Assembly (NCBI GenBank): GCA_016748015.1
Contig: JAAOMT010000072.1
Coordinates: 190,299 to 254,298, forward strand
Source of the DNA: Geosiphon pyriformis uo1
Taxonomy: Eukaryota; Fungi; Glomeromycota
Direction of reading: 5' to 3'
Length of the DNA stretch: 64,000 nucleotides
In this document: positions 49,296 through 63,780 of the stretch, in pieces
How the letters are laid out: each line of letters starts with the position of its first letter
Numbering within the stretch: position 1 is the stretch's first letter
The notes under the pieces: generated by a model
Database searches by the model: none
Told to the model about the DNA's origin: nothing
What the model saw: the letters and a program-made list of their open reading frames with translations, nothing else
Translations under genes and position numbers: made by a program

Positions 49296-52200
49296 TCTAA
49301 TTCTTTGAAAAAATCTGAATAAGTGAAATACTGTTCTGTTTTAGTATCTTCAGTTGGATCTTGAAATGACATGTTTTCAGTAATTAATTCTTTTTTTACC
49401 TCAGGCTCAGGTAGTTTGGTTATTGGGTATAGTTTTCTTGGAGGTGGATTAAACATGAAATCATATTTGTTACAGTACTGAAAGTAACAAGGAATCAAAC
49501 AATGATCACACAGTTTTGTGTTTAGGTCAGCTAACTACTGTTTTTGCTCTTTTTAGGTTGAAGCCAATTTCTGGTATTGTCTTAAAATGTGTTCAGGTCA
49601 TCTGTAAAGAAATCTTTTGTGATGTAGTCAGATCTATTATATTCTCCAATCTACTGAGTGCTTATCTTCAGGTGTCTTTAATCAAGATTTTTTTTTACAC
49701 TCAATTATTGATCAAAATAGTGTATTGACATGCTTTGTCATATGTTCTTTTTTTGCCAAGAACATTGTTTCATAGTTTTTCATTTGGCAGAATCTTGTTA
49801 CAAGCAAGACATGGTGTATTGTCCTATTTATCTTGTCATTTTGGTCTGTCAAATCTTTGCAACACACAAAATCTGCAGTAATATTTAGTGGTGATTGGCC
49901 ATTTTTTGTTATTTCCAATACATGTACCTATAAAAGATAACTTTTTTTCACAGTCGACACAAATTAATTTTAGGGTTCAATACTATTGATTTCCTTGACT
50001 TGGGATGGGATAGTCTGTAGGTGTCGATTGTAGTTTTTCTTTTACTTTTCCTTTTCTCTTTTCTTTTCAAGTTGGTGGTAAGGGTAACTCTGCTTAATAA
50101 TCATCAGTCCAAGAAACTTAATAGGCCTTTATTGTTAGTAGTAGTATTGAGTCTTCAAATTTAATCAGCAGTTTTTCTGGGCTTTGAGCTTTAAAGTGTT
50201 TACATATAGCCAGAACTTGTGTATGCTGTCCGTTAAAGGTAATCTGTAATTCCTGCATATTCCAGTCAATGGTAGTATTAGCTTTGGCTAATCTATTGTT
50301 TCCTATGAGCACTTAATATTGAATGGCCTCTATAATGAGCACTTTGGTGGGGATTTAAATTCTGTTGATTTTAAAGAGAAAGTTGTCAATTTCTCCTATT
50401 GGGGTTTTAGTATTTCCATCTGCAGTTATAATTTGGACAGTAGCTACATGGTCTATTTAGTGATCTAGTTGATCCATAAATTGCTTCGTGATTATACTAC
50501 CTGCTAATCCACTATTAAGAATTGGTTTGATGTCCATGTTTTCAACTCTAGCATTGGTATACAGAACAGTTATTGGTTTATCCTGATTAATGGTGGCTCC
50601 ATTAAAAAGGCTATTGGTGTTCAGATGGTCAATGTTGAAGGGAAAGATAGTGACAAAAGTAGTGTCTTCAGTAATAGTAACGAGGAGAATGGTATTGTTG
50701 ATTTAATTTTGACTTAGAGGGTTGGGTATTTCTCCTATCTCCTTCCTTTTTAACAATATAGAGTTAAAAAAATCTTGATTTTCAGTAAAACTGAGATATG
50801 AGGCTTAATTCGGATATCTATTTGGTATTGGTTGGGATGGGAGATTGACTTAATTTGTTTTTTAAGAGGGTCTGCTACTAGTTTGTATTTGATTTCTATT
50901 AGGGTTTTGCTATCTTTGATTGTGGTCAATTACATGTGGTCTAGACTAGTTATAGACTGAGTTTTGGTACTGAGAGGATGCTTGAGTCACTAATAGTAGC
51001 AGATAGTAATTTTGAGATATTTGTGGTGAGTACTGAGGTGGCTAATACTGGAGTGTGAAGTATTGGAGTCCTATAGTCTGAAGATATCTTGGTTGTTGAA
51101 GATATTGACTTTCTTGATTCTGGTTTACTAGTTTCTTTTGGCAGTTCCAGATAATGTGTTCTAGTTTTTGGCAATAATAGCAATTGTGAGGATCTGATCT
51201 TCAAGGTTGTTGCTAATATCTGCTGTTGCTGACAATTTTGTTGCTGATATCTGCTGTTGTTATTGGTTTCTCTTTGTTGTAGTGATTAGTAAGTTCCTGT
51301 TGTACTGGTTAAAAATTCCTTAATTTTCTGAGTTAATTTCTTACTTAATTAGATTATTTTTGTATTGATATTAAAGGTTCTATTAATGGCTAAATTAACA
51401 GCTTGGGTGTGATTAGCTTCTTGCTTAACTGACTTGAAATTGCATGCAAGAGTGACAGTATTCTGTAAATTTGTTAGATATTAGGGTCTTATGGATCTTA
51501 GAAGGCTGCTTTTTAGTCTCATAACAAATTGATTAAGAACTTGCACTATGGTGTAGTAGTCTCTTTTAATTGTTAGTATTTGACAAAGAATTTGGTTGAA
51601 TTGTCCAAAATAAGTAGTCACTATTTTATGATCTTTTTGTTTTATTATACTAAATTAATTCTGTAATCTGATAAGAGTATTGAGGTCACAAAAGTATCAT
51701 AGAAAGGCAAGTTTAAAGGTGGTAAAGTTGGTGGGTTTTTCTGTCAGACTTTGATATCATGAATCTGTAGTCCCAGTCAAAAAAAATGGCAGTACTTGAA
51801 TAGTTCTGTTATTATTCCAGTTGTTGGCAGTAATTGCTTTCTTGGCTTCTGTAATCCACAAGTATACATTGTTTTTTTCTTTCAAGAATTTCTCTAATTT
51901 GACAATATCTTAGTAGGTTATGATCTGGTAGATAGGTGAAATCTTATTGGTTAATAATGAGAGTTTTGTAGGCCATATAATAGGGTGTTCTCCTGGCACT
52001 AATTTTGGTTGTTTCCCTTTGTTAATTTTCTCAATGAGCTGGAGGATAGCTGTTTTTTCAGAGGGGGTAGTTGATAATTTGTTTAAGAATTGAGTTGGTG
52101 GTGGTTTCTATGTCAACATATTTTCATCTGTTTTATTGATTGTTGGAGTGAAGTTCCCAAATAATGATCTATATTCTCCTAGGGATCTGGTCCAATTGTT

Positions 52201-52793
52201 ATAACTCCATGGGTGTTGATTTCTGGAAGTTTGTGGTATTTCTGCCTGGATTTTTGTGGTTGGGTTAAATACAATTCTACTTTTTGGTGTTTAATAGTAT
52301 AATGGAGTTGTTGGAAAAAAGAATCTTGGTTTTTTGTTAACTGTTAAGTAAGCTTGTTTTCATGCGGCTGCTGTGCTATTGGATTTGGACTCATATTTTT
52401 TAGGATCAGGTTTTGCTGGTTGTTTTACTTGAGAATAGTGTTTTTTTGTATAGTATTCAATATCTTTATCAAGTATACAAAAGGTTTTGGCTATGGCTTG
52501 GGTAGTAATATTTGTTGAGTGGGCTAATAATTTTTGATGAATTTGTTCTTTAAGTTTCCCAGTGTCTGTTGTTTGGCCTAGAAAGCAGTCAATTTTTGCA
52601 TACAGATAGTTACAAAATTGGTTTTCTGTGATAACAGTTTTTGTGAGTATTCCTAAGTCTTTCCGAAAGTGTTAAAATAATGCTCTTTCATACAGGATGT
52701 GATCTTTTCTTATTGTTTCAATAGTCACCACTTTTGTGAATTTTCAGGGTGCTTTGTCTCTGTGGATTTTATAACTTTACAAGGAGCACTAAA

Positions 52794-53843
52794 TATTATG
52801 GGTAAACTTGGTGTAGTAAAAAAATGGTAATGTTTGGTGCTCTCAATTATCAATAATACATGTTTTGCATAATTCTATTAACTTAGTCTTGATTATTAGT
52901 CTCTAAAAATTTTATCTACTGGTTGTAAATTTATCTATTGAGTTCTTTGGTTATAAGGCACAAAAGTTTGGCTTTTGCTGATTGCAACTTCTTTAAAATA
53001 TAAGCTATCTTTTCTGAGCTTATAAGCACAATTGTTAGAATCTGGTGTTGTCTTTTCACCCTTCTGATAAGCTAACAAGATAATGTTAATATCCAAAACT
53101 TAAGAGGAGCTTTCCTCTTTTACCAGGCTATCACAAAATCTATTCTCAAATAGTTGATTTTACTATGTTGCTACTCTACAAGAGAAAATAAAGAAAAAAA
53201 AGAAAAAAAAAGAAAATAAAGAAAATAAAAGAAAAGAAAAATAAAAAAAGATAAATTAGTATCATCAATCACTGTAATCAAGAGCAACTGGTCCAAATTA
53301 TTAATAGTTCAAAGTGGTTATGCTAAAAGCATCTGTTTTAGAACAAAGATACAAAACAATAGTTAATTCATGTAAATTCTACAAAGTTCAAAAACATGAA
53401 TTTGTGATTCTGATTTCTCAATAATTGATTTATTTCAGAAGATGAATATGGAATAGAATAAATGATAGAAAGAGTAAGAATATTTGATTTTTGTCTAGTG
53501 GTTTGTATTTAGATGTCTTTTTTCTAACTTTTACAACTATTCCTTTTTATACATTTTTTTAGTTTTACAGGATTGCTTTTGATTGTTTTGTTATTGCTAA
53601 TTATTGCTTTGCTATTTCTGTTATTGCTTTGTTCTTCTACATTATTTCTAATTATCCTATATTATAATGTGTTATCTGGTGTTATTACATGTTATTCTGT
53701 ATTATTCTACATTGTAATGTGTTATTCTTTATTATCCTAAGTTATAATACATTATCCAATGTTATTGTGCACTATTCTGTATTATGTCATGTTTTAGTTA
53801 TATTTCTTTATAACTTTGGATTGGTTTTTCTACTTGGATAATA
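52794..53843 (-). repeat. Gypsy-B 5' LTR
   Basis: Direct repeat of 43835-44877, adjacent to the PBS. Confidence 0.92.
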
Positions 53844-56445
53844 GTGCAAACAATCAAATTTCTATTTGATTTGCCAGAACCAATTATATAAAAGAAACAG
53901 AAAAAATTCTGACTGCTCTCAAAGAATCATAAAATTTGAAGAAAAAAAAATTGTGATCTACAACATGTATACTAATTTATTAACTAAATACTCTAAAAAA
54001 ACAAAAACAATCTAGAAAACTTTAGCTCACTATTATTGATCTATCTTGGGAAAAACCATTGCTGAGTACATTAAAACCTGTAATATCTGCCAAAGAAGAA
54101 AAAAATTCAATCGCAAGAAAGATATTCATCCAATCTCTGTTAATTAACTATTTAACAAAATTGGCATAGATGTTATTGAACCTTTAACAATAACTCTTGA
54201 TAACAACAGATACATTATCACAGCTACCAACTATCTTACAAAGTGGGTAGAAGCAAGAGCCATTTCAAACCAAACAGCAGTCTCAATAACCAATTTTATT
54301 TATAAAAATATTATTTACCATTATGGCTGCTTCAAAGAACTTTTATCTAATAGAGAAAAAACTTTTTTCAGTACACTGGTTAAAAAACTTTGCAGAAAAA
54401 TGGAAATATATCATAAACTTTCTTCCTCTTATTACCCTTAAACAAATGGCTTAGTGAAACATTTTAATAGAACACTATGTGAAATTTTAGCCAAAACCAG
54501 TAAAGAAACAAACTTATAAGACAAAGTACTGTCTTTAGCTTTGTTTGCTTATAAAACTGTGAATTATGATATAATAAGTTATAAACTTTTTTATCTGCTC
54601 TATGAATGCATGACAATACTATCAATAGAAACTAACATTGAAACAATATTCTTTGAAGAAATCACAATAGAAAATTACAAAAACATTTTGCAAAGAAGAT
54701 TTGGTACTATTCTTGACTCCTTGGTAGAAGCACAAATAATTGCTTTTGAAAAAATAAAACAGTTCTATGAAAACCTTAAGAAAAAAAAACCTATAAAACA
54801 CTTTCCTTAAGTGTTAATGACTTGGTATTTGAATACTATTCAAATAGAAATAATGTCTATGGTAATAAATTTTCTAGCTGGTGAAAAGAACCCTTTATAA
54901 TCAACAGAGTTTTGAACAATAGTACTTATATTCTTTAAAATTAATCCAGAACAATCTTTAATAATCATTTTGTTTATGGTACATGACTCAAAAAATATCA
55001 TAAACGACCTGATTGGTTGCCTGTTGTGATAATACTGACTCAAATAATCAGCAAAAATTAAGTATAAATAAATGTACTATTCTCAAAACAAAAGTATCTT
55101 CAATTGACATAAACAATTATTTTCTGAATTAAAACATTTAAAATGTCTTCTATACTCTTTATGAATATTGGATCAAAAACTATCCAAATGCTACTCTGAC
55201 CATTGGAAAACAAATTATCATAACTGATAATAGTAAAACACATACTGTTATTAGATCAAAGAAAACCACTACCAGAAGAAAAAAAATTGATAGCAAAATA
55301 GATAAATATCTGTTGAAAAGTATAACAGTAGTTATACTCTTACCTTCCAGCACAAATAAAAAAACAATCCAAGAAATCTTGTTCATAGACAAAAAATTGT
55401 TATATAAAAGGCAATTAGAACTCTATGGTTGTCTTAGTAAAATCATAGAGGATATAAAACTTATGAAGAAAACAACTTTAAAGATACAGACAAAAATTTT
55501 GGGCATTATATAATTAGATGTTCCAAGAGTTTTAACTATTGCTAAAAGAGCCAAAACTCTAATACAAAGATTTGGTCTCTTAAATACAAAACTTATTTTG
55601 TCTCAATTATTATATACTTTATTCACCAAAAACTTCAATAAACTAGTTAGTTTTGAATTAAACAAAACTCTTCAATTAAATTATTTCATAAATAGCTTAA
55701 TTTTACCAGAGCTCAATCTCTTTGGAAAGAATAATATTATGATTGAAACTTACACTTTTTATTAATTATTACATATATTAGCCACTAATGTCACATAATT
55801 AGCCATTCTATTTTTAGATAGTAATTATTGACCTGATTATTGACCTGATTATTGATCTGATCATTAACTTAATTGTTAATCTGATTATTGACCACTTTTG
55901 ATAGCTATATAAGCAATAAATTTCTTAGCTATAGAAAAGCATGTCAGAAATACAAAGTATATTAGAAATAAAAGAAATCAAATAAATAAAATAACAACTT
56001 TTATCTCAATCTTTCTCTTATCACTAAATTCTTCTTTCTTTATCTTCAAGTATTCAAACATCTTGGGATAAAAGATTACTTGTTGGTTATTTTCTATCTT
56101 TTTCCTAAAACGTGTAATTATAACATTTGAAGATTATTTAATAAAACATGACTAAAGAGTACATCTGATACCTAATATTAAATTCTAAGAGTGCTAACAT
56201 AAGGTATAGAATTATACCAGTGTATGATCATTTGTTGACAGTATAAACTATCTTTCTACTTTCAAATTCCCCAGTTATTTTTTGAAAAGTATAGCAATTG
56301 AAATATTTTATGAGACTGATCTTGTATATTGAATTCATACTCATTCAATTCGCTCTTTGAAATTGAATTCCCTTTGATTCTTTTTATCACTCTACAATCT
56401 TGTTCTCCCTTACTATCTATTAGCTTATTACTCTAACCTGTAATA
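53844..56445 (+). mobile_element. Gypsy-C, right fragment (integrase, ORF3 at about 55072-55730, PPT, 3' LTR 55735-56445)
   Basis: TCNICQRR, IGIDVIEPL, YLTKWVEA, TNGLVKHFNRTL. PPT ggaaagaataa followed by tattatg...ctgtaata, with TATA and 12-bp repeats. Confidence 0.85.
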
Positions 56446-56927
56446 ATAATATTATTATAGGCATATTTTTTAAAAAACTTGCTAAATTATTACAAAATTA
56501 AAATTTTTATTCAAAAACAAAAACAAACAACAGTTAATAAAACTCTTTATAAAAAAATTTGTTAATTTTTCAAAAATTACTATAATATAAAACATAATAA
56601 TATTATAACTTACTTTAATCATAAATATTTAAAACTTTATATTTTTTGTCTAATTGTCTCTAAGATAATTAAAAAACATGTAAAATAGTTGAATATTAAA
56701 ATTAATAAAATCTTAAAAAGATTTATTCAACACAAAAGTATTAAATTTTTATTATAAAACCAAGTTTTAAGTTATTAAATAGAACAAATAACTACAGTTA
56801 CTATTGAATTCAATGATTAACTAATTAAAAAAAATTTCCCAAACTTCTTAATATACACGAAAATAAAATGCAATTCTTAAATAGATGAGTTTAAAAATTC
56901 AAAAAACAAAATCAGTTATGTATTTAC

Positions 56928-57480
56928 TAGAGTTCTGATTAAACCAAACTAAACTGAACTTTGGATGTTGTTCAAATTTGATTTGAATTATAAACTGAAC
57001 TTAAACTGAACCAATTTTTCAAAGTAAGTTCAGTTCAAGTTTGGCATTGAACTTTTTTAACAAGTCTGAATTCAGTTTAAGTCTAATTCAAAATTCATAA
57101 ATTTGTTCAAGTTTAATAGAATTAAAAAAATATATAACTTGTATTATTTGTTTATTAATTATTATTTTATTTAATTACTATAATTAGTTAAAGAGGTATA
57201 TAAAACTATGCATGTATAACAATTCTACTTTCCAATTTATTAAAATGAATTTATTGTTAACATCATTTAATGTTGTTAAAAATTCGAAATTCGAAATAAC
57301 AGAATTTGATAATCCAAATGATCTAAATATTAATATATTTGGTAAATGTAGTTTTTAGATAAGTTTGAGTAAACAAAAAAAAAACAGCTAAATATACAGT
57401 CTTAAAATGTGTGCATAAACTATTTTTTTGTAGAACTATAAACACTACCAAACTTTTATGGCACTATTTAAAGGCTTTTC
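56928..57480 (+). mobile_element. Probable hAT-type DNA transposon end remnant
   Basis: TAGAG start, multiple AACTGAAC/GTTCAGTT repeats (likely CpG-decayed AACCGAAC), and a downstream BED-finger-like remnant AKYTVLKC..TTKLLWHYLK. Confidence 0.4.
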
Positions 57481-57781
57481 ATTAAACAATATATGTTACA
57501 ATAAAAAAATATTATAAAAAAAGGCAAAATGTTTAGAAAGATTACAAGGCAATTAAAAAAATGTTTTGATAAGTAAAATTGCTATTTTTTTTTATAAATT
57601 TTGGCCAATTTAACTAGAAAACTGCTCTAGTTTTCTGTGATAACTGCTATTAACATTAATAATAAAAAACTTCATGATATAATTACTATTTGGCTTATTA
57701 ACTGTCAGCAATCACTTTTTATAGTAGAAAACTCCAAATTAATCAAAATATTTTAATATTTAAATCTCATTTTTTAACTTA

Positions 57782-60612
57782 TTTTTTTTTTTTTTTTACA
57801 AATTTTACAAGTGAAGCCCAACTGCTATCCAGTACATAGAACCAAACTAAGTGGAACCAACTAAATACAGCTTATACACAGATTACATGTGGCCAGCCAC
57901 TCGGGCCAGACAAGACAACACTACACACTTATGGTAACAAAAGCATTATCACCCAAACCAGAGAAAAAATAACACAATTTGCACCTACCAAACCTAACAG
58001 CAAAAAATTTTATAACACCTAGCATACAGACAACACCAGCTGACAACATAGAAACTACACTGTTGGACAAGTCAAAAACCACACCATTATCTCCAACCAA
58101 GCCAGTTTTTTCTATCTCTGCTCTATGCTTGGTCCTAAAAGTCCATATTCAAGTGCAATGCAACTCCACCACAAATTTAATGTATTCCACAAGAGTCTGA
58201 GTAGCTTTTTTTTTCCTCAAAAACTGAAACAGCTTCAGTATACCAATTTTTTATTACAAAACTCTTGCACACTGCTGTATAAAGATTCACATCCAAAAAA
58301 CATAATGAGAATGAGAGCAGAATAGCAGATAGAGACAAACTCGAAAGACCAGACATTGACATCCATTTTTCAGCAGCTTTAACCAAAATGTCTCCATGGA
58401 GACCAGAATTATCAGAACAAGTGAAAACTTGATCAGAGAACTCCACCTCACCACACAGCAAACACAAAACACCAGGATAACTTCTGTTATACAACCTTTT
58501 TCTAACTGCAACTGGCAGCCACTTATATACAGCCTTCATCATATATGTGCACAAATTGGCCAACTTCTTACTAGTGAACCCAGAAAGCATGTGTGAATTA
58601 GGATGCCAAATTGTTGCAGTAGCATTCCAATCTATTTCTTTAATCATAATATTTGGAACTATATTAAAACCCAGACTAGCCTTCCAACAGGCACAGCATA
58701 TTGACCAGTATAAGTCCCAAGCAAAATAACAAACATTACCAGATATGGCAGTCTTCTCAGCGACCAGAAACCTTTCCCGGATTTTAACCAGCAAAAAAAA
58801 AAATGAGAAAGTAGCCTCATTAGCCAGTACATTAGCCCTTATATTGCCTAATACATCTGAATATTCTTTAATCTTTACTCACTTAATTGAAATATTTTTG
58901 TCCTTAAAGAGATTAACTATCTGCAGTTTTTCATCCAACATTGGTTATGGAAGTTAGGTGTAGTTGAAGAAGCCTCGGAAATGCAAGCATTAATTGCAGA
59001 TTAACTATCTGAGTACAAAACCACTGAGCATAAAAATGGAACACACTCCAAAGCCAACATCACAGCTTGTAGTTCAGTTAAAGTAGAGAACAAAAGTTCA
59101 GTGACCTTAACTTCAATGCCTGCATTTGCAGCCAGAAAGTATGTAGCTACTCTACCTGCCGTCTCAACAAAACCATCACATCTCAAAGATTCATTTGTAT
59201 AAATCTTAATACAATCAGACCACACCTTCAGTAGACTATTACAAACTTCAGAGAACTTATTAGAATCCAAAACACTTAGCACATCTTCCTTAGTAGCAAT
59301 AGCAGCTCCGACCCGCAAAAAAACAAAATTGTTCATAAAATCAGATGTCAAAGAAAACCAGTAAGGCACAGGGCCCCTCAAGTCCAATCACTTCTAATGC
59401 CAAAATGTTTTTTAGTTTATCATCTTTCCTTTTTTGTCAAGAATTCTGTTACCAAAAACAACACCAAAATGCTTCAATAAAAAAATGAATTTGTAATACA
59501 AAAACTGACCCAGAATGCCAGACATCAAAAAATTACCTGATCCACAAAAGATGCAAGATAAATTGTTCACTAAAGATAATTCATTCTCTAAAAAAATTTT
59601 CACCACCCCTGCCAAAAAATTGTTTACAGGACTAACACGCAACCTAACAGAAAATTGCAAAGAATTCAGAGGAGATCATTCCAGAACTTGCAAATCCAAA
59701 AATCTATGATCAAATAAATGTTCAAGAATATTGTAGTCATTAGAAAATGAAATTAGTGATGCCAACTTTCTTTCAGACTGTACTTGCTCAAAGGACTTCA
59801 AACCATATAAAGAAGGGTGGTGCAAAATTTCACTGGGAAAGTCATGTGGTAAACCAGTTTTGGTTTTAAGACCTTTTCTAATTATGATATCCTATTTGTG
59901 ACACATATCTAAAGTAACAAAACTGAACTGTATATGATAGTTAACAATGGGTTACAAAACTGCCAAAACCAAAGAACAAAATTGTTTGTCTATAATAGCT
60001 TTCCTTAATACTATATTAGAAAAAAATCTGACATTCTTATGGGCTTGAACCAAACTAGGCTTAGAGAAACCCTCAGTTGATAGAAAGATATTCAAATATT
60101 GGTGTGACTCACCTTTTTTAGCAATTAAAATTAGCAATTCATTAATTAATAACAAAATATTCTTAATCTTCTAATTGATAGAAATTGCTATTGTCTTATT
60201 ATTATTAATTGAGATGTCATTGATCACAAAAAATTCACTTGCAATGTTTAAAACATACTGCGTAGATGCCTGACTACTTCTAACCCAAATTGTATCATTA
60301 ACAAAAGTGCTTGCAGCCAAAAAGGAAGTTTTTTTTCCACTTGTTTCAATCCTGTCAGACTTTGTAACAAACTTAGAATCAATCCTATAATTGCATAAGT
60401 GTTCATGCCTTTTTACTTTACACAAAAGTAGATCATAAAATATTCTCCAAAGCAGCAGAGAAAAGACCTCCCCTTGATTCAACCCATTATGTACTCTATA
60501 ATCATCTGAAAGCCTAAAGTCAGTCATCACCCAGTTAATTCAGTTCCCATAAATGTTGTCAAAAAATTGGATAAAATGTTTACACATTTTGATGCAATGC
60601 AAGCTTACTCAC
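57782..60612 (-). mobile_element. LINE 3' half (RT end, RNase H, Cys/His region, tail, poly(A)), interrupted by Gypsy-D
   Basis: GLNQGEVFS, AASTFVNDT, KIYTNESL..ELQAVMLALEC, CLLCGEVEFSDQVFTC. Stop at 57921-57923 and T16 at 57782-57797. Confidence 0.9.
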
Positions 60613-61596
60613 TGTTACTAGAGGTTTTTGGTCTCTTTTCTTAAATGTTGTCGATGCTTGTTTGCTGTGAATTCACGTTTTTTGGATGTGGTTGAACCTC
60701 CAGTAACTGAATTTATCTTCAAATTATCTCCTATAATTTGAACTGCTGGGCTTATAAGTGGAATGGCCAATTCCATGCCAGTTACTTTGTATAGTTACGT
60801 TGTAGTAAACGTTAACTCTTTCCCAGGAATTGCTCATTTGGAAGCTCACTAAATTGTGTGTAGTTACTTTTGCTGTGAAAGTCAACTCTTCTACAGAAAT
60901 CTTGTCTGTAGGCTACCCTAATGATTATGATAATAAAATAAAAGAAAATAAAAGAAAAGGAAAGAAAAAGAAGAAATGAGGAATTGATTTGTTAAAGTTG
61001 TTTTGGATCCAGGCCTGGAAGTGTTTTAACAGTCTACTGAAATTGGTAGCTAATCAATTTCAAACTGTTAGTTGTGTTTTTGAGGATTTTCCAAGTGTGA
61101 TAATTTAAAAAATTTGGTTTTTTGAATTATTTGATATTTATTTTTTTTTGTGTGTGTAGGAATGGTTTTAAGTGATAAATCTAAAGTAAGATACATTTTT
61201 TCGAAGAGAGAAGTTCTTCTTTTATACAACTTGTCATAACACTATTCTATGAACTTGAACTTTGTTATTTTCTACAATTTTGCTGAACTAAAGATACATT
61301 TCGGCAAACTACAAGTTATTTCTGCAAACTATTAAATATTTCGGCAAATTTCTATAAATTTCAGCAAACTTTTGAATGTTACATAGTTCGGGGTATTGCA
61401 TGATTGATCATCACAATTAGGTTACATTTGTGTTGTGTACAATTTGGGTTATTAAATAAAATGATAATTTTAGACATTTTTGCTAATATAATAAGTGATA
61501 ATTTGAAATGATAATATGCTAATTAATGATAGAAATTATAAGATAATTTTATGCTAAATAATATCTCCAATTTTGTCTGATAACATAACCTCCTCC

Positions 61597-62273
61597 TCAA
61601 GACTGAGCTCCATCGAAGTCCAAGTACTGTCTGTAATTTCCAGATAGTAATCCAAAATTATTGAAGAAATTTGGTCTGAAAATTGTTTAAATTTCGGTTC
61701 TGTGAGCTTTCCAATATATTGTATCTTCAAAGGTCATAAAATTGGGTTTTGTAGGACATTTTCACAGGTGTGGAATAGGTCATAAAGTCTAAGAGCAGCT
61801 CTGAGTTTGTAGTGACTGTTTGTTGGTCCAGCTGTTGTCTTGAATTCATTGTGGAGTTGTTTCTGAATAGCTTTTTTTGTGAGCTTTGCTGTTGTAAGTT
61901 TCAGTTTCCGTTCGTAGAGTGTTTTTCCAATGTGGAAATATCTATAGATTAGAGGATATTCAGTGTTTTTCTCATTGAGACACAGTTGAAGTCTTTGTTG
62001 AATTGTAGCATTTGGTGGAATACTAATCAGAATGAGCATTAGGTTTTCTCTTAAAGCAAGCTTTAAAAGTTCTGGCAGGTGAATTCCAGAATAACTTCTT
62101 GTGTTCTTCTTATATGGGTAATATTTTCGTGAATTTGGGGCTAATTTTTTAACTACTTCTGTTTGGGTATAATTAATGTGGTTTCCAGTGACAGTAATGG
62201 ATAATTCGGATATTGTTTTTAAAGCTAACATTAGTTTTTGGGATAATTGTTGAATGTTTTAAGAAATAGCCAT
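61597..62273 (-). pseudogene. Gypsy-D ORF3
   Basis: ATG at 62273 is in frame with ORF 61734-62231. YPLIYRYFHIGKTLY, RAALRLYDLF and YIGKLTEPKF motifs are shared with the other ORF3s. Confidence 0.75.
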
Positions 62274-62395
62274 TATAAAAGATTTGAAAATAAAAGAAAA
62301 TTATTTTTGGTGCATGGGTTTTTATGTTATTTTTGTTTTGTTTTTGTGAGATTGTTTCTAAATTATAAGAAGATAACTATAATAATAAATTTAAA

Positions 62396-63780
62396 TTATG
62401 TGTTTAAGTTGTGAGGCTGTTCAATGACAACTATTGGTTCTAAATTTCGGGGAATGTCTTTGGGATTGATTAAAGGGGAATGTGTACCAATTTGTGGAAT
62501 TAATGGTTCAAGATTGTTTCTGGAATTATAATGTTTCAAACGATCTCCATGTGCAACTTTTGCTAGAATTTTGTCATCAAGTCTTAGCTTGTATGATCCG
62601 TTGCCTAAAACTTCATGAATAAAGAATGGTCTATCCCATTTATTTTCAAATTTTCCACTCCATTGTTTTTCGGCTTTAGTTCTGTATAAGAGAACTTTGT
62701 TTCCAATTTTAAATTCATTGGTGACTGGAGGCAATTTGTCATCATGCCATTCTTTTTGTTGAGTTTGGGAGTGTTCAATATGGGTGGCTGCTATTCGTCA
62801 TTTTCTTCCAATGTGCTAAGCAGAGTGTAGGCTCTTCGTTAAAGCATTTCTTGGAAATTGTTTTCATTAATTGGTTGTACTGGGTATGTTTCCACTGTGA
62901 AACTAATTGGTAACATTGCCATCCTTCCGTAAGTTAAATTAAATGGTGTGTGTTTTGTGGTATCTTGTTTTAGTGTCCTATATGCTAATAACACTGATGA
63001 AATAAAGAGATCCCATTCTTGCTCAAAATCAGTTGAAACTTTGGCTAATGATTCACACAATGTTCTGTTGAACCGTTCTACCAGTCCATTTGTTTGTGGA
63101 TGGTAGGGTAAAGATAATGGTCTCTTGACATTAAATTGTCCACACATTTCCTGGATTAAATTGTTCACGAAATGTGTTTTTTGATCAGATAAAAGTTCTA
63201 TTGGGCATTCATGTCTACAAATAATGTCTTCATAGATGAAGTTTGCTACTGATTTTGCATCTGCCCATTGAATGGCTCTGGCTTCAGACCATTTGGTGAG
63301 ATAATCTATGACTACTGCAATGTAGCGGTTTCCTTGGTTTGTGATAGGTAGTGGTCTGACTAAATCAATACCAACTCTGTCAAAAGGCTGTCCAACTTTG
63401 ATTGGGTTTAAAGGTTCTGTAGGACAAGTTCCTCCTCTTCTTTGACAACTATTACAAGATTTGACATATTCATGAATGTTTTTTCTCATTCGAGGCCAAA
63501 AGTAGTATTCTAGTGTTCTTTGGGTGGTGCTGTCTTTTCCGAAGTGAGCTGATGAAGGATCTGAGTGCATGTTGTATAATATAGTTTCTTTTTCCTGTTC
63601 TTGTATTAATCTGAGTGGTTTGTCTGGGTTTTTGAAATTTCGGTGATAAATAATGTTGCTGTGTAGAAAATATTGTTTGGCTTGTTGTTGTAGTCGATGT
63701 TTTTCATCTGGAGACCAATCTGTTGGGATTGTTAATGTTTCCAAATATTGTTTGAGATCATTGTAGTTTTTTGAATTCAT
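62396..63780 (-). pseudogene. Gypsy-D integrase as a stand-alone ORF
   Basis: Starts MNSKNYNDLKQYL 49 nt after the RNase H stop. HHCC, GIDLV..DYLTKWSEA, HPQTNGLVERFNRTL, KWDRPF. Confidence 0.88.

Larger units (their letters stand above)
43835..53843 (-). mobile_element. Gypsy-B: full-length decayed Ty3/Gypsy element with the same architecture as Gypsy-A, nested in the Gypsy-C integrase
   Basis: LTRs 43835-44877 and 52794-53843. TSD ATAC/GTGC (differ by two G>A). PBS at about 52776-52791, PPT 44878-44895. Remnants of gag, protease, dUTPase, RT (YLDN), RH, IN and ORF3. Confidence 0.92.

Noticed and set aside
55824-55893. CRISPR-like repeat arrays
   Set aside because: These are short tandem units with no unique spacers, inside LTRs of a eukaryotic genome.
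57895-57910. Pol III A-box or tRNA-derived SINE head in the LINE tail (TGGCCCGAGTGG)
   Set aside because: The spacing is off by one and there is no B-box downstream.
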